From Nitrospirales bacterium (GTDB lineage: Bacteria; Nitrospirota; Nitrospiria; Nitrospirales; UBA8639): 64,000 bases of DNA. The notes under the pieces are model-generated. The model made no database searches and had not been told where the DNA came from. It was given only the letters and a program-made list of their open reading frames with translations. Of this stretch, positions 1 to 11,025 are shown piece by piece (the first letter of the stretch is position 1; each line of letters opens with the position of its first letter). The position numbers and the translations under genes were made by a program. The stretch spans positions 768,001 through 832,000 of the forward strand of contig CBDBCZ010000016.1 in assembly GCA_965203295.1 (NCBI GenBank). The letters are read 5' to 3'.

Positions 1-103
1 CCCTAGAACATACCGCCCCAAGCCCCATGCGCTCCTCATTCAACCATGTCGTAAATGAGCCCAAAAACAGAATGAATGGCGACAACAACAAATACTGAAA
101 GCA

Positions 104-1089
104 TCAAGGCCCCCTGTAGGATGCCAAGGTGCGACTAATGTTAGCCAGCTGTGACTGGGGCAGGCGAATGTACAGTTGGTAGGCTTCACTCTTCCACCTT
201 CCCAGGGTTTTAATGGTGGCAATGGGTACTCCACAAGCAGCCGCTGTAGTAGCCGCCCCAATCAGAAAGCTGTGGCCTGCAAACTGTTCCGGCTGCAGCC
301 CCGCCTCTGCCAGCACCTTGCGGATTGCTGCCACCAATCTCTGCCGGGTCAGAGGCTGCTTGTCCTGGAAGCGAAAGAGGGGGCCTTCACCTGGCCCACG
401 CAATGCCATGTACGCTAACATGGCTGCTACTGGACAGAGTGCCGTATCTGTTTTCCCCATGAAAATTGTTGTGCCTTGTCTGAAAGGGTCGGTCTTTGAT
501 TGCTTGATGCAGACCGCCAACAGACTCAGTCGGGTGCTACTGTACACAGATACATCTGCAAATGTCAGGTGCTGTCCTGCATCAAACTGGCCGTCAGCTG
601 GGGCTACTAGCTCACCCGACCGCATAAACCCCAAAACCCCTGGCAGCAAGCTGCCCAAAGCATGACAGTCCCAGCTGGAAGCTTGTCTTCCCCACACTTG
701 ACGCATCTTTAGGAGGATGGGTGGGGTAATTGGGAGCCGAATCGACTTAGGGGAGCCTGCCTGTTCCTTTTTGGTCCCTCGCACCGTTAGCTCCAGCTGA
801 GGCATGCTGCCAATTTTCGGGTCACCACCTCCACACGCAATTTGGAGGTGGCGGATTGCTGACAAATAGTCTTAATTGTCGTATGCTTCAATCCCTGTTC
901 GACCGCAAAGGCCACAAAGCCCACCAAACCCCTTTCGGTCACAGGTAGAGGAGGCACCCCAAATTGACTGCAGAATGCTAGGTACTTCTTCTGACCCGAC
1001 GCATACACCCGTTGTGTGGATCCTGCTAAACCCGTGTGAAACAGTCGTTGACTCGTCGGGCCCACCGAGGTGACGTCCAATCGGGGCAC
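104..1089 (-). pseudogene. Tyrosine recombinase of the DIRS-like element, frameshifted
   Basis: Core-binding region in ORF 787..1089; catalytic region in ORF 104..865 with GFMRSGE, IKQSKTD, GHSFLIGAAT (HxxR arginine replaced by L) and GRWKSEAYQLY. Frameshift near 865. Confidence 0.9.
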
Positions 1090-1645
1090 TCTCGCACCAG
1101 CAGGTCCAGCAATTCATGCGGAAGGGGGGTGGGAGCCCGTGCTACCTCCGGAACCACCTGAAAGAAATGCGGTAGGTCATTACGTGGCAAAGCATCAGCT
1201 GCCCTATTCGAGATCCCTGCGATATGTACCGCCCTGATCCTGATTTGGAAAAATGCCACCAAAAAGAACAAGCACCGCAACATATGCATCATTGTGGTTT
1301 CCCGTGAGTAGCCAGAAATCACCACTGCCACTACAGCCATGTTATCGCAGTGGCACACTATCTGACGGCCCCTCCATTGAGGGCCCCACACCGCCACTGC
1401 CAGCAAGATAGGCAGCAGCTCTTTCGGGGCAATCAACCTGCCACTGGAGTACACCAGTGCTACTGAAACCACCTGGTTTCCCAGAGTGCCCCACACCCCC
1501 AAGAGCCTGAGGCATCTGATTCTAGTGCAATAGCGGGCTTGGAGAGACATAGCATGAGGCACACACCATTCCACTCCTCCATATACTGCAGCCACCACCT
1601 TAGATCCGAACGGGCCGATGAGTTGAGGCGGATCCAACGGCCAGA
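1026..1645 (-). pseudogene. RT connection plus RNase H (DIRS type), frameshifted
   Basis: WIRLNSSARSDLRWWLQYMEEWNGV, then SDASGSWGCGA, KELLPILLA, CHCDNMAVV and HIAGISNRAADAL, spread across frames. Confidence 0.85.
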
Positions 1646-1739
1646 TTTTCGGTTATAACAGTCAACCTACATGTATTGCATGACTTGAAACCCAAACACT
1701 ACCTAATATGTCTGGCTAGGGTGTTGCCAACTACCCTTT

Positions 1740-2747
1740 CTAGTTCTGGCCGGGATAAGGCTTCCGTGGATAAGGGCACATTGCCATCGTGTGGGAGTTG
1801 AGAGCACCGCAGTTCGAACAGCGGTGGATGAACTGGAAAGCTTTGCCATATGGGCAGCCACCAGGGGTGGTGTTGAACCATTTACACACGCCTGACTTCT
1901 TGGCCTTTTTTGGGGTAGGCTGTCCATTGGCTGGGCCCTTCCCCTTGTCGAGAACGGATACCTCCAGGGGCCTGTTGCTTGGACCTGGTAATTGGACTGG
2001 TGGGGTAGGTGTTTGCGCCTGGGATCCTCCCGCCATCTCGAATGGATCAGGCCCTCCGCTAGGGTCTGGGAGGCAGGAGATGTACTGCCATGAATTCACT
2101 GCTTTCCAGGTCTTGTCTTCAGAGGCTGCCACCTCCATGCGATATTGGGCATCATACTCTAGCCACGCTTTTGATCGTGGGGCCTTTTTGTGCAGTTTAT
2201 ACACGGTGTGGAGGTGTGCCACCATGATTGGAACTATTTCTGTTCTCGCTGAAGCCATCACCGCAATGTAGAGGGTAAAACACCTTTTCCAGGTCCCAAT
2301 ATCCAGCACCCGTTGTAATGACTTCTGCTGCTGAATTGCCTGAAATTGGTCCAGCGCCCCCACGAGACTGTCTTGGAGTGAGGTGTTTGGTTTCCTTTGT
2401 TCCGCCAAGCGGAGTGACCGTGGAGTAGGAAGAAACTCCTCCATCTCCACAAACTCTAAACTGCGAGCCTTCTCCATGAGTTTCCTTGGGAGTGGAGGCA
2501 AGCCCTTTGCAATCAGGAGGCGGGCCGGCTTTGACTCTCCCTTCGTCTGATCTACCGCCGACTTTAGCAGCGGCCGAATTGCAGCAAAAGGATTAATGGC
2601 TGACCCACCCGCCGGCTGTGTTCCCGGGGCAGAGGTTGAAATGGCCGGGAGCCCCAGGCTCTGGAGCACCTCAGCCGACGGCATAGCGCCTAGCTCGATT
2701 CCACCTACAGGAGGAGTCAGGTGTGATCCCTGGACAGCAGGCCCCAC
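1740..2747 (-). CDS. Gag-like ORF of the DIRS-like element
   Basis: 335-aa ORF with FVEMEEFLP, WLEYDAQYR and a C-terminal C-x7-C / H-x-C-x2-C-x5-H-x4-C cluster, upstream of the pol remnant. Confidence 0.75.
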   Translation of the reverse strand: MGPAVQGSHLTPPVGGIELGAMPSAEVLQSLGLPAISTSAPGTQPAGGSAINPFAAIRPLLKSAVDQTKGESKPARLLIAKGLPPLPRKLMEKARSLEFVEMEEFLPTPRSLRLAEQRKPNTSLQDSLVGALDQFQAIQQQKSLQRVLDIGTWKRCFTLYIAVMASARTEIVPIMVAHLHTVYKLHKKAPRSKAWLEYDAQYRMEVAASEDKTWKAVNSWQYISCLPDPSGGPDPFEMAGGSQAQTPTPPVQLPGPSNRPLEVSVLDKGKGPANGQPTPKKAKKSGVCKWFNTTPGGCPYGKAFQFIHRCSNCGALNSHTMAMCPYPRKPYPGQN

Positions 2748-2889
2748 CGCACTGCCCGTTGCCGGGCTATTCGGTCCCTATCCCCACCTCCACCTAACCC
2801 TACCAGTGGCCTTCGAGAAGGCGCTCTGGTCGGCCAGTGCCCGAGTGAGCTGCCTGTTGGTAACCAGACCCTTTCTCACAACTGACTGC

Positions 2890-3270
2890 CCCCGGTGCCC
2901 TGACCATTGTTGTCGACCCCCTGCACCCCCGACCTGAGTACGCCTTGGAGCCCTAGGTCCGAGTGAACCCCCTGCTCCATCCGTCTGAATGCCCCCGGTG
3001 CCCTGGCCATTGTTGGTGACCCCCTGCACCCCCGTCCTGACTCAGCCTTGGAGCCCTAGGTCCGAGTGAACCCCCTGCTCCATCCGTCTGAACGCCTCTG
3101 GTTCCCTGGCCATTGTTGGTGACCTCCTGCACCCCTACCCTGTATACGCCAAGAGCCCTAGGTTCGAGTGAACCCCCTGCTCTATCCGTCCACCTTGCCC
3201 CTGGTGCCCTGGCCACTGTTGGTGACCCCTGCACCCTCACCCCGTATACCTCTTGGAGCTCTAGGTGATA
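2890..3270. repeat. GC-rich tandem repeat, 102-103-bp unit, about 4 copies
   Basis: (G/A)GAGCCCTAGGT(C/T)CGAGTGAACCCCCTGCTC recurs at about 2947, 3050 and 3152, with a partial fourth copy at 3255. Confidence 0.9.
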
Positions 3271-5088
3271 GCCACTGCACTCCACCGCCTGGAGCCCTGA
3301 GCCTCTGTAACCTCCTGCGCTGTAATCAAGACAACTCACCGGGACGGGTGTCACCCGAGCTTCCGTCGCCCGCATCAACAGGGTTCGTGACCGTGGCCTC
3401 GGATTGAGCCTTCATGGCCGCCGCTATCGACTTCACTAACTCGGGAACATCTGCCCACGTCAGCGGGGCGGTGGGAGTAGGGGGTGTGCCATCCTCACTA
3501 GGTGGGGTTGCCATTTGGTAGGCGCAGAGACAGGATTCAAAAGAAAGATTACAGTAGCTCCAAAAGGTTTAGTACTCAAGCACGAGGCAAAGGGACGAAA
3601 CACGCATGCGCGACTTACCAGACCTGACTCCTCCCCCAAGGGTATTCCCCTTGCTCACACGTTAACTCAGTTTAACTGCTTTAAACTCCCTCGTTGGAGC
3701 CTGGTCTCAGTTGCCTCTGGGGTCTTCTGGTACGTACGTTATCTTCTAGCAATTTTTGAGTTCTTAGATCCTCAGATCCTACCTTGCCATCAGTTAGTCA
3801 TCAAAAAATCTTGACTTGGATGCACGTGCGTGTCAGTTCACAAGTGTAGGGTCTCCTGGTTTCTGCAGGTCTCCAATGGTCTCTATGATTTTCCAGTGCA
3901 CGGTGTCTGCTGGTTTCCAGTGTGTCCTGTAGCATTATTCCATTTCTGCTGGGACAGGGAATCTAATTAACCCTCGGCACGTGAGCGTGTGCGAGGGTTA
4001 CGTCAATCCATCGCGCAGGGAATGTTGATTAACTCTCAAGTAAAGCGCCGAGGGTTCTGAACACACAGTGTTCTTGTTTCTGATTGTAGTCGCCCACCAT
4101 GGTTTTGTGAAATTTTTTTTTTGGGGGGGGGGGGGGGGGGCATTCTGAAGCCTATAGGGTAATTCCATGCCAAATCAACACAAAAAATGACGACCCCCTC
4201 AGATATCCACAAAACTTGGTACATATGTACCGTATGTGAAGTTATTAATCCACAGTGATTATTAGCTTCATACATGATATGGCTTCTGTGTCACAACCAG
4301 CCAAAAACTAAATTTTTCGGCAAATTTTCGGCTACCTGTTTCTACACAATTGACCATAACTATTACTACAAGTGTCTGTGCAAGATAAAATTGCGCCATC
4401 TTGTACCTTAGTAGATACCCTTTCAGCTGATATATTGCAAGTGATAATTTGATTATGTTGAGGTCAAAGGTCATGGTTTATATACTTGACCTTTGCCCCC
4501 TTGAAAAATCTATTCTTCAATTCTTCAAAATATTTGTCCAAATGTTCTCTATATCTTCTTGTTGAGATGGTATTATTTTAATTTTGGGACTGCCATGGGA
4601 TTAGGAGATAAAGAGAGTAGCGTAATAGCCATTGATGTGTTTGTGGTTGTCATAATTAAATTTCTTTATTTGGATATAAAGGTTATTATAATAAGGTTGT
4701 TATGATTGATATCATCCATACACGTGGCTCAGCTGATGGAATAACAGTAGCTAAGAGAAGAATCGCCAGCCTGCTTGCAATAGCAGTCGAAAGTTTGTAA
4801 TATAAGATAACGGGCTCTTCCCGTCTTATGTTTTAGAGGGGAGAGCCTGGGGACGAGGCGAAGCACATCATGCAGTAGTGCTAACCTGGAGTAGTTCATT
4901 GAAGGACTCATGCAATGTTTCAACCATGAGGTCAAGAAATTTGAATAGAGTCCCTGTTTGATTGAATTCTTGTGCCTTAATTATTCTGGACAAGGAAACC
5001 CACAAGTGTTTTGAGCAAGTGCTGCTATATAAACTGGGACAGTGCATATAGAATCTGCCTATTATTATATTATTACACAGCAAAAAGT

Positions 5089-5458
5089 TAGCCTCGTTCC
5101 CAGGCCCGCACCATTTTCGGGTACACGAAAGATGTCACAGGGCCTGGGATCTAAAGTCACGTGCAGGAGGCAAAGAGTAGAAAGGTAGTAGAAAGGTAAT
5201 TATGAGCGTGGGCGAGTACGCGTGCAATTTTCAGACAACGAGCGACGATAGCGAGTCTACACTTCTTGTAGCCTTTCTTTAAAGCCCGTTTGTGCCATAG
5301 ACTTACCGCTGAAAAAAAAAGTCTCCGGTTAAATGTAGAGAAACGCAGCCGTCTTTCGAAGTGGATTATGACGTAAGTTAATCGCGTGACTTTAGTTACC
5401 AGGCCCTGTGACTTTCCTTCGTCCAACCGAAAAAGTCGCGGGCCTGGGAACGAGGCTA
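5089..5458. mobile_element. Academ-type MITE, 370 bp
   Basis: TIR TAGCCTCGTTCCCAGGCCCGC / GCGGGCCTGGGAACGAGGCTA; perfect 9-bp TSD GCAAAAAGT at 5080-5088 and 5459-5467. Confidence 0.9.
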
Positions 5459-6390
5459 GCAAAAAGTATTATTCAACGCAGTTACTATGTGAAATTTTTG
5501 GGGGGCTTCGAACTGTTCAGAAGCCTGCTATACAACAGTTTAGGAAGTGTAGTCCTTGCTGTCCTGGCAGTGTGGGGCCAGTGGCTGTCTTGAACTTGTC
5601 AACGATAGCCTGTCAACCAATGTTGTTGTTGGTATTGAAATAGACCTTTTTGTTATACGCAGAAGTATTCATGGAATGCAAATATTTTACGTGGTGTACA
5701 TCCAGAGTACATTTAGGCCCCGCCAAACACTTGTTTGACCAGTAGCAGCAATGAAAGGACAGTTGGAGGTGGCATGGTTGGACTTTCCATGTCAGTAACA
5801 CGGCTGACTTGCTGTGGGTGTGGATGAGGGACACTGCATAAGTGTGGCTTCATGAGCCAGTTCACTGCTGCCATGGTTACCACAGGAGGGTAGAGGCAGA
5901 CTGTGCTGCTGGGGCTAATACGCGTCGATGGTGCCGTTTGTTTGCAGCTCTCGTGTATACGGAAGGCACACAAAGACTGCTAACCTGGGAGCTTTAGTAC
6001 CCTTGGTATGATTACGTGATTGATCTTTGACTCTTTGTGCGCCACCAGGAGCGCATCGAGCCGGTGAAGCCGGCGAGGGAGCATGCAACTACACATGTAC
6101 ATTACATAGACGACGAAATTCAAACATGGTGGTCATATTCTAAATATAGTTGTATCTGTATATGGATTTTTATGATGCAACAGCAGGAAAATGTAACAGC
6201 ATCAAGAGTGAGAAAGCCACGAAGTGGATAAAAGTGAAGCGATTGTGCCATTTTGATCACATGCATTGCCCCGATGGGGGGGGGGGCAAGACTTACACAC
6301 AGAGGGCAGAATGCATACCACTAGTGTGTGGCTCACCCCTATCAGAATCTCTTAAGGGTATGGTGGCACGCAGGAATAGGACATAGGTTA

Positions 6391-6969
6391 CCGTAGTGAC
6401 CGGTTAATAAGCGCACACAGCTATTAGGCGCATGTTTCATAACAAGCGCATACTTCCTTCCGGTCATTACGTATTAGTTAATTGGCGCATGCGCTTGTTA
6501 CACGTGTCGAAGTCAGTACTGTTTTGTGAGTGAGCTTGAGATCGAGATCGAGATGGCACGCGCAGAAGCACCTGTAACACAACCGTGCCTTAACAAAAGT
6601 GCCAAATCTTACGCGACAGTTCGCGAGGGACGTGGCCTACAGTCTCCGCTCTAGGCTTCAAAAGGCACACAGCAAACCGATCATGTTCATTCCCCTCCTC
6701 GCGTAAAAGTTCAAGCACCTCGCCAATAATAGGGGACCACACTCTCTTATAGATACGGTGGCCGCGCACAAAACTCTTGTGCAGGTACACATCATCTTGA
6801 TCTGTCAGACTCGCGCTCGCCATTGCCAATATCCACACGTCGATACTAATACCGATAACTCATACCAGGTACCGTGATTACCGCTAATAAGCGCATACCG
6901 GCTAATAAGCGCATGGTTTCTTACTGCTGACTACGATAGGCGCATGCGCTTATTAACCAGTCACTACGG
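6391..6969 (-). mobile_element. Non-autonomous pogo/Tc1-mariner-type element carrying a HIRAN-domain fragment
   Basis: TIR CCGTAGTGAC(C/T)GGTTAATAAGCGCA at both ends with TA flanks. Internal ORF 6590..6838 reads SFVRGHRIYKRVW...REEGNEHDRFAV...VGHVPRE, a HIRAN-like pattern. Confidence 0.8.
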
Positions 6970-7351
6970 TAGTTGCCCGGAGAGTCTTAAGACCACTAAG
7001 TTTAGTTCGCTATTGACAATGTTTGTGATTGCCACAATCAAATTCTTATGTTGTAGATTATGTGTGGTAGCTTATTATCCTTACAAAGAGCAGCTGGACA
7101 GAAAAAAAAATCAGCAAAACAACTTGCATAGTGAGAAGAAAATTTCGATAAGAAAAGATACTGCGCTTTTCCCCTTCTTATGATGTTTTTTAGGGGAGCG
7201 CCTGGGGACAAGTTGACCCCTCATAGATTTTTGTGGCCAGTGGAAGTTTCATGAACCCAACAAGCTATTATCTTCTAAGTGCATCATTGTAGGAGGAAAT
7301 CAGAGTAATCGAGTAGTAAACAGGAAGTGACAATGATTGCTGTTTCCACAG

Positions 7352-7948
7352 TCACTATTGGACACTCAAAGAAGAGCTGTTAATTCATACGACATGGACC
7401 CAGTGGATCTCCACGTTGGTACATACTGTCAACTCCTTTTGGAAATTAGTGTCTATTACTTAGTGTCCTGTCCAATTACTAGGGTTGTTTTAGTATGGCT
7501 TTGCATAATTAGATTTAGTTTATTAAAAAGCTGGTATGGCCTCAATTTAGTTTCCAATGAAAAACCACAAGTTAATTATTACTACATTCCTTTTTTGCTT
7601 TTTAGTTGGCTAACTAAAACCAAAAGTTAATTATAATCGTTCCTACAAAACACTTTTAGTTTCAGTTAACAACACTCCCAATGACACACTTAAAAAAATA
7701 ATCTGTTCTGCCTCCCTCAATGTGTGGCAACAGCTCAGTCCTATGTTGGCAAGGGGACGTATCTGAAGAGAATCCGCTACCACGGGAGAGGGATGCACGG
7801 GGTGATGCACAAGACCTACTCACACTACTTCCTGATACTCAAACAAGGCCGGGCAGTGCGCAAGAAGAGAACTAAAGAAGATCGCAAGAGTTTCAAGACA
7901 AAGAAACTCATCGAGGCTGGACCCAGGAGTATCCCCAATTCATTATAG
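7352..7948 (+). CDS. MRPL22: Mitochondrial ribosomal protein L22 (uL22m), last two coding exons (7352-7418, 7734-7948)
   Basis: Spliced product SLLDTQRRAVNSYDMDPVDLHVAQSYVGKGTYLKRIRYHGRGMHGVMHKTYSHYFLILKQG...GPRSIPNSL*. LKRIRYHGRG is characteristic of uL22m. Canonical splice sites; upstream exons not found in the window. Confidence 0.85.
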
Positions 7949-8090
7949 CAGTAGAATCAATATCATGTCATCCATTGTATTTACTAAAAACATAAACACA
8001 ATAAATTTGATCTGCTGGTTAATATTAATAATATACCTAGCTAGGTAAACAATAACTTAATGAGGTCACATGGAGCAAAGAAGCAAACAA

Positions 8091-8287
<197 letters not shown>

Positions 8288-8337
8288 CTGTTCCTTTTTT
8301 AAAGCCTGCCTGAAAGACTTCAATAGTGTCATCGTCT

Positions 8338-9044
8338 TCATATGACATGGACCCAGTGGATTTCCATGTTGGTACGTAATTTACTGTCAACTCCTCTTGG
8401 AAATTAGTGTTACAAGTGTTGTTTTGTATGGCTTCACATAATTAGATTTTGTTTATTTAAAAGCTGGTGCAGAACCACAGTTTGTATTTGGTTTTTAGTT
8501 AGTCAACTAAAAAGAAAAAAGGGATTTAATGTACATGCATGTAATAAAACACTTTATATATTATATTAGTTAACCTAACGAAATTAATGGGTTGATTTTG
8601 GCACTATATTTCCACCCTTGAAGTTTTGGTTCACTAAATCTGTTTTCGCTTCTACTAAAACACTTTTAGTTTATAGTTTTAGTCAACTAAACAGCTTTAC
8701 AGTGATTACACACTTCGTTGGCTAAAACCAAAAGTTAATTATAACTAAACCTGTTGTGTTCCTACAAAACAAAAAATTACACACTTAACAAAATATTTCT
8801 GTTCTGCCTCCCTCAATGTGTGCCAACAGCTCAGTCGTATGTTGGCAAGGGGACGTATCTGAAGAGAATCCGCTACCACGGGAGAGGGATGCACGGGGTG
8901 ATGCACAAGACCTACTCACACTACTTCCTGATACTCAAACAAGGCCGGGCAGTGCGCAAGAAGAGAACTAAAGAAGTCCACAAGAGTTTCAAGACAAAGA
9001 AACACATCGAGGCTGGACCCAGGAGCATCCCCAATTCATTATAA
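8338..9044 (+). pseudogene. MRPL22: Tandem duplicate of MRPL22 3' end (partial penultimate exon plus full terminal exon 8830-9044)
   Basis: Near-identical copy offset by 1096 bp in the terminal exon. The penultimate exon copy begins mid-exon (TATGACATGGACCCAGTGG); the 3' flank and a short TG tract are also duplicated. Confidence 0.8.
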
Positions 9045-9998
9045 TAGCAGTAGCATCATCATCATGTCATCCATTGTATTTTACTAAAAAACGGAAAGCA
9101 CAATAAATCTGATCTGCTGGTTAATATTAATAATATACCTAGCTAGGTAAACAATAACTTAATGAGGAAAAAGCAAACAGTAGTGTGTGTGTGTGTGTGT
9201 AGCTTGAGATCAGTGCATGAATTGTGTGGCTGTTTGTTTTTAAACCTGCCAGTTTACTGCTGAAAGACCAAGTGTCATCATCTTCCATGTCCAACTGTAG
9301 GTGCATTAAAAAGCCACCCTTAATGGATCTAAGCTGAAAGTAAAATACGTAGCTATTTGCCAACGTACGTCTGAAAGTGTTTAGTCCTCACCAACATGAC
9401 CCCCATCAAATGTAAATCTTATTGTGTTCCTTTGAAAGCCCTGTAGAATGAAATACATCGTTTGATAAATATTATCAACAAGCTAAGTTTCATGTCACCG
9501 AAGCTCCTCTCTAGAGTAGCCTCAGAAGCCTCCAGACGGAGGCAGTGAAAAGTTAGTCTTGCACATGAGACTACTAGATGTGGTCGTGCTAAGCTCTCGT
9601 TCTGACAGCTCCGTCCCCGATACTGATGCTTGCCTATCTATAGAAAAGCTTATACGTCAAATTAGAACACACAACAGGGGTACAATGTATCTCAGAGGGG
9701 AATCTAAATGATATTTATAGCCAATATTTGATTGATTGCAGGAACATCCCTTACATGCAAAGGATGTAATTCTTTCCCTTGTATAAGCTAGGATAAGGTG
9801 CATACTTGGGGGGATTTTACGTGCAATGAAAGCACGTAATTCTGTCCCATGAGTAACTCAAGGTGTAAATGACGTAATTCTTTCCAGTAACTCATGGTAT
9901 AGATGACGTCATTCTACAATGAGTTTTTCATTGGTTTCTCCTAATTTTACGTCATTTATACCCCGATCCAGATTAGACCAGGGTAGTCTGGATCAGAC

Positions 9999-10024
9999 CA
10001 TAGATAATAGGTATATTATCTATG
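9999..10024. mobile_element. 26-bp palindromic P-element-like micro-insertion
   Basis: CATAGATAATA...TATTATCTATG with 7-bp TSD ATCAGAC (9992-9998 / 10025-10031), inside an Academ-type hairpin at about 9984-10074. Confidence 0.7.
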
Positions 10025-10512
10025 ATCAGACCCTCCACTCTCAAGGGAAAGCGTGGAGGGTCTGATCCAGACTATAAGCTTACATGATGTTATGTATAGC
10101 GGCTTTCAGCTTCGTATCTTGTATGAAACTGAATCTATACTCTAATGTCGGAATAACCCCCGGGGTTAAAATTCTGTCGGAATAGCCCCGCTTTACCTTA
10201 GCCACGATGCGAAAAACGTCGACCTTCACTGATTGCACTGTATTTATGCTGAGTGCCCTGGTCTAGTCTGGAAATTATGCCAAAAGCGCATGAAAAAAAG
10301 GGGGCGTGACTTATTGTTAACGCGTGATCGATCGTACAAAAAGTACTTAAGGGGGCCGTACTGCGCGCGTGATCCAGAGACACAGTACAAAATGGTTGGA
10401 TGGGTGAGCTTCGGTGATCTCACACGCTACATTTCAGGAGGAATATGCCTTAGCTAGTAAGTTCGTAGATAATTATAGCATGTAAGTTAATCACCCCGAA
10501 GAGGACTCTAAC

Positions 10513-10551
10513 TAGTCTCGCGAGCCAGAAACCGGCTGGCTCGCGAGACTA
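10513..10551. mobile_element. 39-bp Academ-type micro-MITE
   Basis: TAGTCTCGCGAGCCAG...CTGGCTCGCGAGACTA; CTCTAAC present on both sides (imperfect 8-9-bp TSD). Confidence 0.7.
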
Positions 10552-10563
10552 GCTCTAACCGAC

Positions 10564-10599
10564 CATGGATAATATAGTACATGTACTATATTATCCATG
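10564..10599. mobile_element. 36-bp perfect-palindrome P-element-like micro-insertion
   Basis: CATGGATAATATAGTACATGTACTATATTATCCATG with 7-bp TSD AACCGAC (10557-10563 / 10600-10606). Confidence 0.75.
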
Positions 10600-11025
10600 A
10601 ACCGACATTATATAATTTGGCCTAGTCTCGTTCGGACCCTCTGACACTCACTCGGCAAGTGAGTGTCACACGAGGGGTCCGCAACGAGCGTGATATCTCG
10701 CACACTTCAGCTGAAATCTCGGCTGAAATCGTGACTGAATTTTCTGAAATCTCGAATCTGAAATTTTATTAACTAACTATTTTTTCGTAAATTTTACCGA
10801 AAACTATTAAATACTACGTATCACGTGGTTTTTGACACACCCCGCGAGCCCCAATAAGTTGTAGCAGGCGCTTGACTGCAGGTTAGTCTCGCGCGCCCGC
10901 CTCACTTCATTAGGGGAAAGTGAGTCTGGACGGTTACGCCACATTTCCGTTTCGGAATGGAATGCATTACGTTCATAAACCATGCCCAAGTCATGAGTGA
11001 TATCATGTGACAAGCTGTCGTGTAA

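Larger units (their letters stand above)
1..3620 (-). mobile_element. DIRS/Ngaro-type tyrosine-recombinase retrotransposon, defective (RT core deleted); may extend beyond window start
   Basis: Minus-strand order gag-like ORF, RNase H, tyrosine recombinase, with the RNase H and recombinase frames overlapping. Ends not precisely defined. Confidence 0.85.

Noticed and set aside
104..1089. Phage integrase or bacterial contamination
   Set aside because: Overlaps DIRS-type RNase H and follows gag; the surrounding DNA has spliceosomal introns.
4157..4700. TIR-like start GGGTAATTCCATGCCAAATCAAC
   Set aside because: No matching opposite end or TSD found.
5470..5990. Possible Kolobok-like transposase fragment on the minus strand (MYSGCTPRKIF...LFQYQQQH)
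   Set aside because: Too degraded; no catalytic motif or termini seen. Needs BLASTX.
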